Positions 38,297 through 46,981 are shown, numbered from the stretch's first letter. The stretch is 64,000 bases of DNA from Nitriliruptoraceae bacterium (GCA_041686695.1 JAWLDJ010000003.1:1137-65136), one strand, 5' to 3'. Notes: a model not told the origin generated them from the letters alone. A program made the numbers and translations.

Positions 38297-39648
38297 CCGC
38301 GCGCCCGCTTGCGCCGCTGGGCGGAGGTGGGACGACCGAGCGCGGCCGCGCGCGACTCGTCGCTGATGCGCAGCAGCAGGGCCACCAGCAGGTAGTTCGA
38401 CAGCAGCGACGATCCGCCGTAGGACACGAAGGGCAGCGTGATCCCCGTGAGCGGGACCAAGCGGGTGAGCCCGCCGACGATCACGAACGTCTGGAAGGCG
38501 ATCAGCACGGTCAGTCCGGTGGCCAGCAGCGTGGCGAACTCGTCCCGTGCCGTCTGGGCGATCTTCAGACCGCGCATCGCCATCGCGAGGTAGAGCAGCA
38601 GCACCGCGGTGGCGCCCAACAGCCCGAGCTCCTCACCGATCACGACGAAGATCGCGTCGGTGGCGGAGAACGGCACGTCCTGGGGGCGACCGAAGCCGAG
38701 CCCGGTGCCGGTCAACCCCCCGGTGCCCAGGGCGAACAGGCTCTGTGCCAGCTGGTAGGCGCTACCGCTGACGTCCGTCCACGGGTCGAGCCAGATGCTG
38801 ACCCGCACCTCGACGTGCGAGAACAGCTGGTAGGCGACCACGGCCCCGAGGCCGAAGGCCAGTAGGCCGAGTGCGGGGTAGGCGGGACGGCCCGTGGCCA
38901 CGTACAGCATGGTCAGGAAGGCACCGAAGAACAGCAGAGCGCTGCCGAGGTCCCGGAGCCCGACCATGATCACGAGCGCGGTCCCCGTGGCCGCCAGCAG
39001 CGGTGCGAGGTGGCGGGGTGCGGGCAGCAGCACGGGGCCCACGCGCTGGGTCGCCACCGACAGCAGGGCACGGTTGCGTTCCAGGTAGGCGGCCAGGAAC
39101 ACCACCATCGTCAGCTTCGCGAGCTCCCCCGGTTGGAACCGCATGCCGAACAGGTCGACCCACAGTCGGGCGCCGTTGATGACCCCTGCGCTCAGACCCG
39201 GGACCAGCGGGAACAACAGCAGCAGGATGGTGAGCAGGCCGAAGGTGTACTGCAGGCGACCGAGGACCCACACCTCGCGGATGAACAGCAGCAGGGCGCA
39301 GAAGGCGCCGACCGACACCGCGGTCCACACCGCCTGTGCGGCCGCGAGCTCGCTCCCGGTGGCGATGTCCACCCGCTGCACGAAGACCAGGCCGAGACCG
39401 TTGAGCAGGAAGGCGATCGGCAGCAGGACCGGGTCGGCGTCCGGTGCCGTCGCCCGGACGGTCAGGTGCGCCACGATCGCGATGGCCGCCAGCGCCAGCC
39501 CGGTCACCATCGCCGCCGGTGGGAGCTCGCTGGATCGCGACCACCCGAGCAGGATCCCCGCTGCCGAGGTGACCAGCACCGCCGCGACCAGCAGTCGTGC
39601 CTCGGTAGCGCGTGGACCGTCTCCCGTGACCACCGAGCTCGCGGTCAC
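38293..39648 (-). CDS. rodA: FtsW/RodA/SpoVE-family peptidoglycan polymerase
   Basis: 451 aa, polytopic. 4-nt overlaps with pbpA and pstP. Confidence 0.92.
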   Translation of the reverse strand: MTASSVVTGDGPRATEARLLVAAVLVTSAAGILLGWSRSSELPPAAMVTGLALAAIAIVAHLTVRATAPDADPVLLPIAFLLNGLGLVFVQRVDIATGSELAAAQAVWTAVSVGAFCALLLFIREVWVLGRLQYTFGLLTILLLLFPLVPGLSAGVINGARLWVDLFGMRFQPGELAKLTMVVFLAAYLERNRALLSVATQRVGPVLLPAPRHLAPLLAATGTALVIMVGLRDLGSALLFFGAFLTMLYVATGRPAYPALGLLAFGLGAVVAYQLFSHVEVRVSIWLDPWTDVSGSAYQLAQSLFALGTGGLTGTGLGFGRPQDVPFSATDAIFVVIGEELGLLGATAVLLLYLAMAMRGLKIAQTARDEFATLLATGLTVLIAFQTFVIVGGLTRLVPLTGITLPFVSYGGSSLLSNYLLVALLLRISDESRAAALGRPTSAQRRKRARG

Positions 39649-40889
39649 GCGTCGCCGTCCTCGTCGTCCGCGACCCCCTCGTCCGGCGCTCCTTCCTCCT
39701 CGGTGTCCCGCAAGGGGATGTTGCGCACCAGCGTGCGGGCATCACCGAGGTCGGCTGCCGCGAAGCCGTCCTCCAGCTGTGGGCGGTACCAGGGCTGCAC
39801 GTCGTCGAGGTCGACCTCGGAGCGCTCGGCCACGCGGTACAGCTCGAACGGCCCGAGCTCGCGGTTGATGCCCTCGTAGATCACGACCTGATCCCCGTCG
39901 AGCCCGACGAAGAAGCTCCGGGACAGCAGGAACTGGGAGCCACCGAACACGAGCCCGGCGACCACCGCGACCGCCAGCACGATCGCCGAGGCCTTGCCGA
40001 GGATCGCTCCCACCGAACGGCGGTCCCCGTCCTTGTCCGCCTCCAGCACCGTCGCGCCCTTGCTGAGCGAGGCGTAGCGCCCCATCTCGCCGGCCCAGTC
40101 CCGTTCGCCGGAGTCCACCCGACTGGAGATCGAGATGGTGCGGTTGCTGGGGACCTCCTCGGCGTCCGGGTCCTCGTAGCGCAGGAGCAGCACGGTGATG
40201 TTGTCCGGGCCACCGGCATCGTTGGCGAGTTCGATCAGCGCGTCGACGGCGTCGTCGGTCTCCTCCACCTCCAGCAGGGTCCCCGCGATGTCGTTGTCCT
40301 CGACCACACCGCTGAGCCCGTCGGAACAGAGCAGTACCTGGTCGCCCGGTTGGAGCTCGAGCGACATGGAGTCGACCTCGACGTCCTCGGACACGCCGAT
40401 GGCGCGCGTGATCACCGAGCGCTGCGGATGGCGAGCCGCCTCCTCGCGGGTGATCTGCCCCTCGTCGACCAGGTGCTGCACGAGCGTGTGGTCATCGGTG
40501 AGCTGGCTGAAGTAGCCGTCCCGCAGCAGGTAGGCACGGGAGTCACCGACGTGGGCGACGTGCAGGCGGCGACCCTCGACGAGTGCGGCGGTCAGCGTGG
40601 TGCCCATGCCGCGGTAGTCGGGGTTCTCGATCGCCAGCTGCGACACCCGCTCGTTCGCGGCCACGACGGCGTCGCGCAGGGCGGTCACGGCTGCGGCGTT
40701 GTCCTGGAAGATCCGCCCGTCGAGTTCCTCGATGGGCTCCAGTGCCGTCGCCGACGCCACCTCGCCCGCGAGGTGACCGCCCATGCCGTCCGCGACCGCG
40801 TACACGCTGTCGCGGACCAGGAGCGCATCCTCGTTGCTGTCGCGGACATTGCCGACGTCGCTGCGTCCGGTCGCCACCACCCGCCTCAT
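39645..40889 (-). CDS. pstP: PP2C-family Ser/Thr phosphatase with a TM helix and extracellular tail
   Basis: 414 aa with the motifs AVADGMGGH and LLCSDGL. Confidence 0.92.
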   Translation of the reverse strand: MRRVVATGRSDVGNVRDSNEDALLVRDSVYAVADGMGGHLAGEVASATALEPIEELDGRIFQDNAAAVTALRDAVVAANERVSQLAIENPDYRGMGTTLTAALVEGRRLHVAHVGDSRAYLLRDGYFSQLTDDHTLVQHLVDEGQITREEAARHPQRSVITRAIGVSEDVEVDSMSLELQPGDQVLLCSDGLSGVVEDNDIAGTLLEVEETDDAVDALIELANDAGGPDNITVLLLRYEDPDAEEVPSNRTISISSRVDSGERDWAGEMGRYASLSKGATVLEADKDGDRRSVGAILGKASAIVLAVAVVAGLVFGGSQFLLSRSFFVGLDGDQVVIYEGINRELGPFELYRVAERSEVDLDDVQPWYRPQLEDGFAAADLGDARTLVRNIPLRDTEEEGAPDEGVADDEDGDA

Positions 40890-41353
40890 CGGCGGAGCTC
40901 GACGCGGGTCTTGCCGAACCGGAGCTGGTCGCCGACCGCGAGCGGGGTCGGACGGGTCACCTTCGCGCCGTTGAGGAACGTGCCGTTCGTGGAGCCGAGG
41001 TCACGGATCGACCAGCTGCCGTCGTCGGGGAGGATCTCCGCATGCTCGTCGGACACGTAGACGTCCTCGACGTGGACGTCCGCGGTGGCGCCGCGCCCGA
41101 GCACGACCCCGTGTCCGGACAGGGGGATGATCTGCGGCCCGCCCTGTGGTGCGTGGAGCACGAGCTCCTTCGGGATCCGACGGGACCGGCGGTTCGGCTC
41201 CGAGGGCGCGGCGACCGCCGGGCGTGGTGCCGGCGCGGTCCTGCGCTTGGTGGAACCGAGGTCGCCGGCGAACACCTTCACGGTCCGGCCGACGAAGAGA
41301 TAGAGCAGGCCGAGGAGCCCGAACTTCAGCAGGGTGAGGAGCTCGACCGGCAC
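40886..41353 (-). CDS. fhaB: FHA-domain protein FhaB/FipA
   Basis: In-frame GTG 41353, an N-terminal TM helix (LLTLLKFGLLGLLYLFV) and a C-terminal FHA domain (VVLGRGATADVHVEDVYVSDEHA...GSTNGTFLNG). Confidence 0.85.
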   Translation of the reverse strand: MPVELLTLLKFGLLGLLYLFVGRTVKVFAGDLGSTKRRTAPAPRPAVAAPSEPNRRSRRIPKELVLHAPQGGPQIIPLSGHGVVLGRGATADVHVEDVYVSDEHAEILPDDGSWSIRDLGSTNGTFLNGAKVTRPTPLAVGDQLRFGKTRVELRR

Positions 41354-41354
41354 G

Positions 41355-42227
41355 TCAGCCCCCCACGAACTCGACGAGCGCATCCCCGAGCTCGACCTGA
41401 TCGCCGGGCTCGAGGGGGTGCTCGGCAGCACGTCGTCCGTTGACCCGGGTGCCGTTGGTGGAGCCCAGGTCGACGACCCACCACCGCTCGCCACGGCGCA
41501 CGAAAGCGGCGTGCTCCCGGGAGACCGTGCTGTCCTGGATCGTCAGGTCGCAGCGCTCGAGGCGACCAGCGGTCAAGCGGTTGCCCTGGACCGGCACGCT
41601 GGTGCCGTTGCTCCCCTGTGCTCGCCGGACGACGAGGTGGAGCCCAGCTCCGGGTGCCGCAGCGACCACCTGGGTGTGGTCGAACCCGCGGCCTGCCGCG
41701 GATGCGGCCGGGGTCAGTGGTGGCGACGGTGCCGGTGACGGCTGCGCAGGCGCATCGACCGGGCGTGGCGGCTCGCTGGCCCGAGCTGGACCCGGTGCGC
41801 GTCCGGCCGGTGAGTAGGCCGCCCCCGGGGCGGCGCTGGAGGCCGCTGACGGCCCCTCGACCACCTCGATGCGGCCGGTGATCCGGAAGCGGCCGAGCTT
41901 CACGGCGTCGTCGACGACGATGCGGACCTTGGCTGGACCGCGCAGGATCCAGTCACGCTCGGCAGCGGTGCTGACGAGCACCTCGGCCAGCTCCCGTGGC
42001 AGCGACGCGCCGAACCCCTCGAGCCGGTCGTGGTCCTTCGGCCCGACGGTCAGCCGGTAGACGTTGGGGACGACGACCCCTTCGGCGGTGACGTGCTGGT
42101 GGTCCTCGGCGTAGCGCTGCACGGCCTTCGCGAGCTCGATCGGCTGGATACCGGAGCGGAAGGCACGCGCGAAGAAGCCCTCGACCGCGCCTTCGAGGCG
42201 CCGTTCGAACTCCTGGAGCACGCCCAT
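41355..42227 (-). CDS. fhaA: FHA-domain protein FhaA (DUF3662-type N-terminal domain)
   Basis: Start MGVLQEFERRLEGAVEGFFARAF at 42227, a Pro/Ala-rich linker, then a C-terminal FHA domain (TVSREHAAF...GSTNGTRVNG). Confidence 0.88.
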   Translation of the reverse strand: MGVLQEFERRLEGAVEGFFARAFRSGIQPIELAKAVQRYAEDHQHVTAEGVVVPNVYRLTVGPKDHDRLEGFGASLPRELAEVLVSTAAERDWILRGPAKVRIVVDDAVKLGRFRITGRIEVVEGPSAASSAAPGAAYSPAGRAPGPARASEPPRPVDAPAQPSPAPSPPLTPAASAAGRGFDHTQVVAAAPGAGLHLVVRRAQGSNGTSVPVQGNRLTAGRLERCDLTIQDSTVSREHAAFVRRGERWWVVDLGSTNGTRVNGRRAAEHPLEPGDQVELGDALVEFVGG

Positions 42228-42529
42228 GTTCCACCGGTTCCGGTCGTGTCGCGGGGTACGGTCGAGCTCGGCGCTGGGCGCCGACTTCGATCCGATGGCT
42301 CGGATGACGGCCTGCATGAGGTCGGGTCCGGCCGGCCGCGATCGTAGCCGAGGGAGGTGCTACTCCGACCCCGTCCGAACGGTGGAGACGCCGCGGTTCA
42401 CGGCCTTCTCGCGTGAGCTGGGGTGATCGGGCGCACCCCCTCCGGACCCCACCCCGCCTGGGCGTGCGTGTGCTCCCGGGTCGCCGTTGGCTGCCTGGCG
42501 AGCGCGTTGCTACGCTCCGCGCTTCACCC

Positions 42530-42613
42530 GGGCGGGTGGCGGAATTGGCAGACGCGCACGGTTCAGGTCCGTGTGTCCTTATGGACATGGGGGTTCAAGT
42601 CCCCCCTCGCCCA
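42530..42613 (+). tRNA. tRNA-Leu (anticodon CAG), long variable arm
   Basis: GGGCGGGTGGCGGAATTGGCAGACGCGCACGGTTCAGGTCCGTGTGTCCTTATGGACATGGGGGTTCAAGTCCCCCCTCGCCCA. Acceptor stem GGGCGGG/CTCGCCC, anticodon loop UUCAGGU, T-loop GGTTCAAGTCC. No CCA is encoded. Confidence 0.93.
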
Positions 42614-42614
42614 C
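42560..42614 (+). repeat. att-type direct repeat, copy 1 (within the intact tRNA-Leu, anticodon loop to 3' end)
   Basis: 55 nt identical to 44058-44112. Confidence 0.85.
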
Positions 42615-42662
42615 GCAGCCGCATGAGGGTCCAGCGCCCAGCAGATGGCAGAATCACTCGGA

Positions 42663-42688
42663 CGCCCCCGCTCACCGCGGGGGCGTTT
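42663..42688 (+). terminator. Rho-independent-type terminator after tRNA-Leu
   Basis: CGCCCCCGC, a 5-nt loop, GCGGGGGCG, then TTT. Confidence 0.6.
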
Positions 42689-42697
42689 CGCATGCCG

Positions 42698-42779
42698 GTG
42701 ACAACGGATTGACAACACCCCCGCTCGCGCGCGTGTTGTCACCGTCCTCTCCGATGCTCCGTGACAACGCGGTGACAAC
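42698..42779. promoter_or_regulatory. Five copies of the octamer (G/T)TGACAAC (four direct, one inverted): candidate recombinase/regulator arm-type sites
   Basis: Copies at 42698, 42709, 42735 (inverted), 42761 and 42772. Confidence 0.45.
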
Positions 42780-42790
42780 AGCTGAGCGGT

Positions 42791-42946
42791 TCACCGCCGC
42801 AGTCGGGTCGCTGTGACCTCTTCGTCGTACAGGCCCGCCTCCTCGGAGGCGCGGACCAGCTCGTCGAGCCCGGCGTCGCGCGCTTGCTTGAGCTCGACCG
42901 ATGCGTCGTCGGCATCGGGGCTCGCGGGGAGGTTCGGCTCGTCCAT
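42791..42946 (-). CDS. Possible 51-aa acidic protein (below the ORF-track cutoff)
   Basis: ATG 42946 follows GAGGA. Sequence MDEPNLPASPDADDASVELKQARDAGLDELVRASEEAGLYDEEVTATRLRR. There is no homology support. Confidence 0.3.
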   Translation of the reverse strand: MDEPNLPASPDADDASVELKQARDAGLDELVRASEEAGLYDEEVTATRLRR

Positions 42947-43000
42947 CGGTTCGGTCCTCAGCGCTGCTTGCAGTGGCGTACGGGTCGGCCGCCATCGAAC

Positions 43001-43576
43001 CTAGAGCAGCCGACGTCGAGCGAGGTTGACGAAGGGGACGAGCGCACGGTTGCGTGCCAGCTGATCGAGGACGTCGGCGATGGTGTCGACGCCTCGTCGA
43101 TGGGTCGCGAGGTGGAAGAGGACGGTTGCCGTCAGGTCCGGGTGGCCGTCCAGAACCGTGATCAGGAAGTCGGTCGGCGACTCGACGGCGACCTCCTCGG
43201 ATGCGACGAAGCGGGGCGATCGGAAGTCGGCGATGTTCGCGGTCACGATGAGGGGAGCTCCCGCGGCGATCGCGGTCGCGAGCACGTGACGGTCCCCCGG
43301 TGCGTTGTCCATGGCCGCGATCAGTGCGCCAGCCGGGTCCACCACCGCGTCGGGAAACGCGGCATGCAGGGAGGCGATGGTGGTGTCGTCGAACTGGCTC
43401 GGGTCGATGCTCGGGTTGTCGGCCAGCACGTTACGACGCATCTCATCGATGATCTGTGTCGACCAGCGGGGCTCGTAGTAACCCATCGCCGCCAAGGTCA
43501 GCATCACGTCACGCAGCCACTGCGGGTACAGCACGTTCGCGTCGAGCACCGCGAGCAGTTCGTCGGGGTGACTCAC
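43001..43576 (-). CDS. PIN-domain protein (putative toxin) with a C-terminal extension
   Basis: 191 aa. N-terminal acidic motif AVLDANVLYP and a later VTANIADF motif. GTGA overlap with the upstream HTH gene. Confidence 0.8.
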   Translation of the reverse strand: MSHPDELLAVLDANVLYPQWLRDVMLTLAAMGYYEPRWSTQIIDEMRRNVLADNPSIDPSQFDDTTIASLHAAFPDAVVDPAGALIAAMDNAPGDRHVLATAIAAGAPLIVTANIADFRSPRFVASEEVAVESPTDFLITVLDGHPDLTATVLFHLATHRRGVDTIADVLDQLARNRALVPFVNLARRRLL

Positions 43577-43968
43577 CGCAGTCCCAGCTCCTCCTCGGCG
43601 TCGGCGAGCCGATCGAGCTGGGTGAGTTGGCGGTCACGTTGCGCTTTGAACTCGCGCAGCGCTCCGGCGGGTACGAGGTGCCGGTTGCCCTTCCTGCGGT
43701 ACGGGATCCGGCCAGCCTTGAGCAGCCGGGTGAGGTACGGCCGCGAGACGCCGAGGAAGTCGGCAGCCTCGGTCGTGGTCAGCATCGGCTCGGTGCCTGA
43801 CGCCAGCCCGTGGACCACCTTGCGCAGCGTCTTGAGCGTGTCCGGGGGCAGGTTGATCGGCTCGCCGCCACCGACAGTGACCGCCGTCGCCTGGTCGCCA
43901 GCGTGGCGAAGGGCCGACTCGAGTTGCGCGTCGAGAGCGGCGAACCGCTCGCTCCTCGTGTTCGGCAT
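43573..43968 (-). CDS. Excisionase-family (MerR-like) HTH DNA-binding protein: putative antitoxin and/or Xis
   Basis: Likely start MPNTRSERF at 43968. HTH segment LTTTEAADFLGVSRPYLTRLLKAGRIPYRRKGNRHLVP. Confidence 0.75.
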   Translation of the reverse strand: MPNTRSERFAALDAQLESALRHAGDQATAVTVGGGEPINLPPDTLKTLRKVVHGLASGTEPMLTTTEAADFLGVSRPYLTRLLKAGRIPYRRKGNRHLVPAGALREFKAQRDRQLTQLDRLADAEEELGLR

Positions 43969-44057
43969 GCTCGCCCTTCTGATCCTTATCTGTAACAAGT
44001 GTAACTCCCGAGGCGCCGGTCGGGTCGGTGGATCCGGTGGGCGGCGCGAGTCCGAGA

Positions 44058-44112
44058 GGTTCAGGTCCGTGTGTCCTTATGGACATGGGGGTTCAAGTCC
44101 CCCCTCGCCCAC
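44058..44112 (+). repeat. att-type direct repeat, copy 2 (orphan tRNA-Leu 3' half, here followed by CCA)
   Basis: Identical to 42560-42614 at an offset of 1498 bp. No tRNA 5' half lies upstream. Confidence 0.85.
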
Positions 44113-44196
44113 CACCTTCTTGGGCCGGTCTAGCGGCCCGCAGACGCCAGAATCGCTCGAGCGCCTCCGCTTCCCAGCGGGGGCGTTTCTGCGTCC

Positions 44197-44233
44197 GTGA
44201 CACCATCTTGACACCAGTAGGGGTCGTGACACC
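44197..44233. promoter_or_regulatory. Three copies of (G/T)TGACACC, the counterpart of the TGACAAC array
   Basis: Copies at 44197, 44208 and 44226. They sit at the same distance from the att repeat as the array at 42698. Confidence 0.4.
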
Positions 44234-44269
44234 GCGTTCGTGCGGGTCTGTTGCTGTGCCGGTGGGTGT

Positions 44270-44555
44270 TCATCGGTCTCCGAAGATGGCGGTGGCGGTG
44301 GTCTCGGCGGCGGTGGCGTCGTCGCCTTCGAGGGCGTGGGCGTAGACCTGCATGGTCACGGCGGGGTCGGCGTGGCCGATGCGTTGTGAGACGAACTTGA
44401 TGGGCACACCGGCGCGGACGGGTCGCCCAGGTGTGGCGCAGCCCGTGGGCGCCGATGCGGGGCAGGGCTGCAGCGTCGACCTGTCGGGTGAACTGCGCCG
44501 AGGCGCGTCTGAGTGGGATGGCGGTGCCGTCTGGGCGGGTGAACACCAGCTGGAC
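44270..44555 (-). pseudogene. Tyrosine integrase remnant (C-terminal catalytic part only, frameshifted)
   Basis: One frame reads LVFTRPDGTAIPL...IGAHGLRHTWAT. Another reads AGVPIKFVSQRIGHADPAVTMQVYAHAL...*. The frames switch near 44416. An in-frame stop truncates the N-terminus at about 44555. Confidence 0.75.
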
Positions 44556-44600
44556 CTACAACCCCGCCGCATGACCCACCACAACCGCCCCAGCCCCGCT

Positions 44601-44667
44601 CGGAAATCCCCGTGTTGTTATGGGCGGTACCGGCGTCCGGACGCGCTGACCAAAGTCACGGTTCCGG
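44601..44667 (+). repeat. Island repeat, copy A (CGGAAAnnCCCGTGTYGTTATGGGCGG ... AAGTCACGGYTSCCG)
   Basis: Aligns by eye with 47062-47128 and partly with 48893-48945. Confidence 0.6.
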
Positions 44668-45101
44668 AGCGCAGCACGACGCACCTGCAGCGCTGTCCTT
44701 CGCCGCGAGGACCGCTGTCAGGATCCTGACGCTGCTGGACCCCGGGGCAGCGACGCAGCGGTCCAGACGGTCGAAGGCATCGTGCACGTACGGCGGTTGC
44801 CGCGAGGTTCAGGAGCCGTTCCCATCGGTGCGATGCGAAGCTCCCGGGAAGCGGTCGTGACCGTGCTGAGCCGCATCGGGGATGGACTCGCAGGCAGTGT
44901 CATCGCCCGTGACAGACCAGAACGCATCAGTCTCCGCAGTCTCCCGATCGCTCCAGACGCAGCACCGGCCCGGTGGGCCACTTGGTAGCGGGCTCGGCGC
45001 CGGCAGTTCGACCGATGAGTTCCGTTCGTGGCCACGGTCGGCGACAGTGAACAGGTACGAGGGGCGGCCGGACGCGTCGCTCTGGATCCAAAGAGCATCA
45101 G

Positions 45102-45440
45102 ATGTCGAGGTACCTGATCTCGTTCGACGACGGTGCGATGGACCACCTTCAGGACGAGCTTCCCGAGGTGGGCGAGGCGGCGCACGCCGTGGTCCGAGCT
45201 GCACAGGACGCGGGGGTGTGGATCTTCGGGGGCGGGGTGGAACGGCAGCAGGCCAGCATCGTGGACACCGACGGGACCGTCACCCACGGCCCGGATCCCG
45301 AGACCAAGGCGGTCATCGGCGGGTTCGTGATCATCGACGTGCCCTCACGCCAGGAGGCGCTGGACTGGGCCGCCAGGTTCGCGGTTGCCTGTCGCTGTGC
45401 CCAGGAGGTCCGGGAGATCATGGTCGACCCGCTCGTCTGA
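45102..45440 (+). CDS. YciI-like (YCII-related) small protein
   Basis: 112 aa, MSRYLISFDDGAM...GGFVIIDVPSRQEALDWAARF, typical of the family. Confidence 0.75.
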   Translation: MSRYLISFDDGAMDHLQDELPEVGEAAHAVVRAAQDAGVWIFGGGVERQQASIVDTDGTVTHGPDPETKAVIGGFVIIDVPSRQEALDWAARFAVACRCAQEVREIMVDPLV

Positions 45441-45691
45441 TCGCACCGGGCCCTGCTCTCGGTGTCGGGTGTGCGCTGCGGATCTCGGCGCGAACGTCAC
45501 CGAGGGCCAACGCCCGGATCATCCATGTAGCTGCGGCGGGTGGTGGAGGGGCTCTGTCAGTCGCTTCATCGGTGATACGTGCCGCTGCTGTTTCTGGCTG
45601 GCCGCGTCGCTTGTCAGCCGTTCGCTTCGCGTTCCGGCGGTCGTTCCGTACGGTTAGCAACGCGAGCGTCGCCGTCACGGGAGGAGCGGTC

Positions 45692-46249
45692 GTGCAGCCA
45701 GACCCGGCGGCCTACGAGCAAGCCCTTGCCGACGAAGTCCTGCGCTATCTCCGTCGGGCTGTTCAGGAGCTGGACGGTGCCGCGACCCTTCACTACGTCG
45801 GGCCGACATCCGGCCACGAGGGTGTCGAACTCGTCGCCGATCTTCCAGACGATTACACCACGGGCCACTGGGCGCTGACGCCTCGACACCTCGCCGCAGC
45901 CGAGCTGCGATGGCATGTGAACGACTCTGACGCGGACTCGACCTACCTGCAGGCGGGCCGCACGTGCATCGAACTCTGCACGACCCCTGGAGCGCCGGTC
46001 AGTGAACCGTTGGGCTGGCTCGACGAGATCGTGACCGCGGTGATCGCTGGCTGCTTCCTTGAGCGCGAGTGGCACTCGAAGCAGACCCGCAGCCTGATCG
46101 GTCTGCAGGGCCGTATCTGCTACCAGCCAGGACAACGGTGGCGTGCGCTCAGCGAGGTGCAGTGGCACGACGACCCGAAGCAACGGTTGCCGCTCTTCGG
46201 CTACCGGCGTCTCGAGAAGCGAGTCCGGCACTACCAGCCGTACCAGTAG
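45692..46249 (+). CDS. Hypothetical protein (185 aa)
   Basis: GTG 45692 lies 5 nt after GGGAGGAG. Composition looks coding, but no motif was recognised. The track ORF start at 44882 is not credible. Confidence 0.55.
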   Translation: MQPDPAAYEQALADEVLRYLRRAVQELDGAATLHYVGPTSGHEGVELVADLPDDYTTGHWALTPRHLAAAELRWHVNDSDADSTYLQAGRTCIELCTTPGAPVSEPLGWLDEIVTAVIAGCFLEREWHSKQTRSLIGLQGRICYQPGQRWRALSEVQWHDDPKQRLPLFGYRRLEKRVRHYQPYQ

Positions 46250-46346
46250 CCGCCCGTTGCAGCGCTTCCGCGGAGCGCTGCGCAACGCCCGGAGTCGCCT
46301 GGGTTGGTGCCGTGACTGAACTGGCCATCGTCGAGGTATCCAGTGG

Positions 46347-46748
46347 CTACTCGGCGTGCCCGATCGCGAGGTTGGGTACCGCTCGGGCGAGGCGTCCATC
46401 GGTGGTCAGCAGCACGCAGCCAAGGTCGCGGGCAGCAGCGACGTACAGCGCGTCTCGCGCGGCGATGCTGTCCCGCATGTGCCACGCGGCGTCGAGCAGT
46501 GCGCCGGTGATGGGGATCCGGCGGACATCCAACGTTGCGAGTCGTCGCAGCAGCTCGTCGACCTCACCGGCCGTCAGGTCCCCGGCATGGTGGAGGCGTG
46601 CCAGCGCGGAGAAGACCTCGGCATCCAGGTGCGCGACGGTGACCAGCACCGTGTCGGGGTCGTCGGTCAACCGTTGGCGGACACGCTCCCCGACGTCGCT
46701 CCGGATGAGCAGGTCGACGACGGCAGAGGCGTCAACGAGGTAGATCAC
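46347..46748 (-). CDS. vapC: VapC-type PIN-domain toxin
   Basis: 133 aa, MIYLVDASAVVDLL...LTTDGRL. 4-nt overlap with the upstream antitoxin. Confidence 0.88.
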   Translation of the reverse strand: MIYLVDASAVVDLLIRSDVGERVRQRLTDDPDTVLVTVAHLDAEVFSALARLHHAGDLTAGEVDELLRRLATLDVRRIPITGALLDAAWHMRDSIAARDALYVAAARDLGCVLLTTDGRLARAVPNLAIGHAE

Positions 46749-46981
46749 GGGAGCTCGTCGCGGCCCTCACGGACCGCTGCCGCGCCGGCGAGGCCGCGGT
46801 GTCGCGGTAGCTGCTCAAGCTGGTCGAGCCAGTCGGTGACCGGGGGGACGGCGGTGGAGCGTTCTAGCAGCCGCGCCACGTAGGCCTGGAGGCTGACGCC
46901 GGCATCCTGCGCGCGCCGCTTGAGCTCGGCGTGCGTCTCGGGGGAGATGTCTCGGATCAGTAGGTCACCCATCGCCCTCAC
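46745..46981 (-). CDS. vapB: RHH/FitA-like antitoxin (VapB)
   Basis: GDLLIRDISPETHAELKRRAQDAGVSLQAYVARLL. The start is either 46981 (GTG) or 46972 (ATG). Confidence 0.8.
   Translation of the reverse strand: MRAMGDLLIRDISPETHAELKRRAQDAGVSLQAYVARLLERSTAVPPVTDWLDQLEQLPRHRGLAGAAAVREGRDELP

Larger units (their letters stand above)
42560..44112 (+). mobile_element. att-flanked 1.5-kb integrase-less cassette in tRNA-Leu (CIME-like remnant or satellite)
   Basis: Bounded by exact 55-bp direct repeats of the tRNA 3' half. It carries only the small ORF and the PIN and HTH genes. Confidence 0.6.

Noticed and set aside
42672-42995. 107-aa minus-strand ORF, and 42813..43004 plus-strand ORF, just right of tRNA-Leu
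   Set aside because: They have Arg-rich or low-complexity composition and overlap the terminator and octamer array. A shorter 51-aa ORF with an SD (42791..42946) fits better but is itself low confidence.
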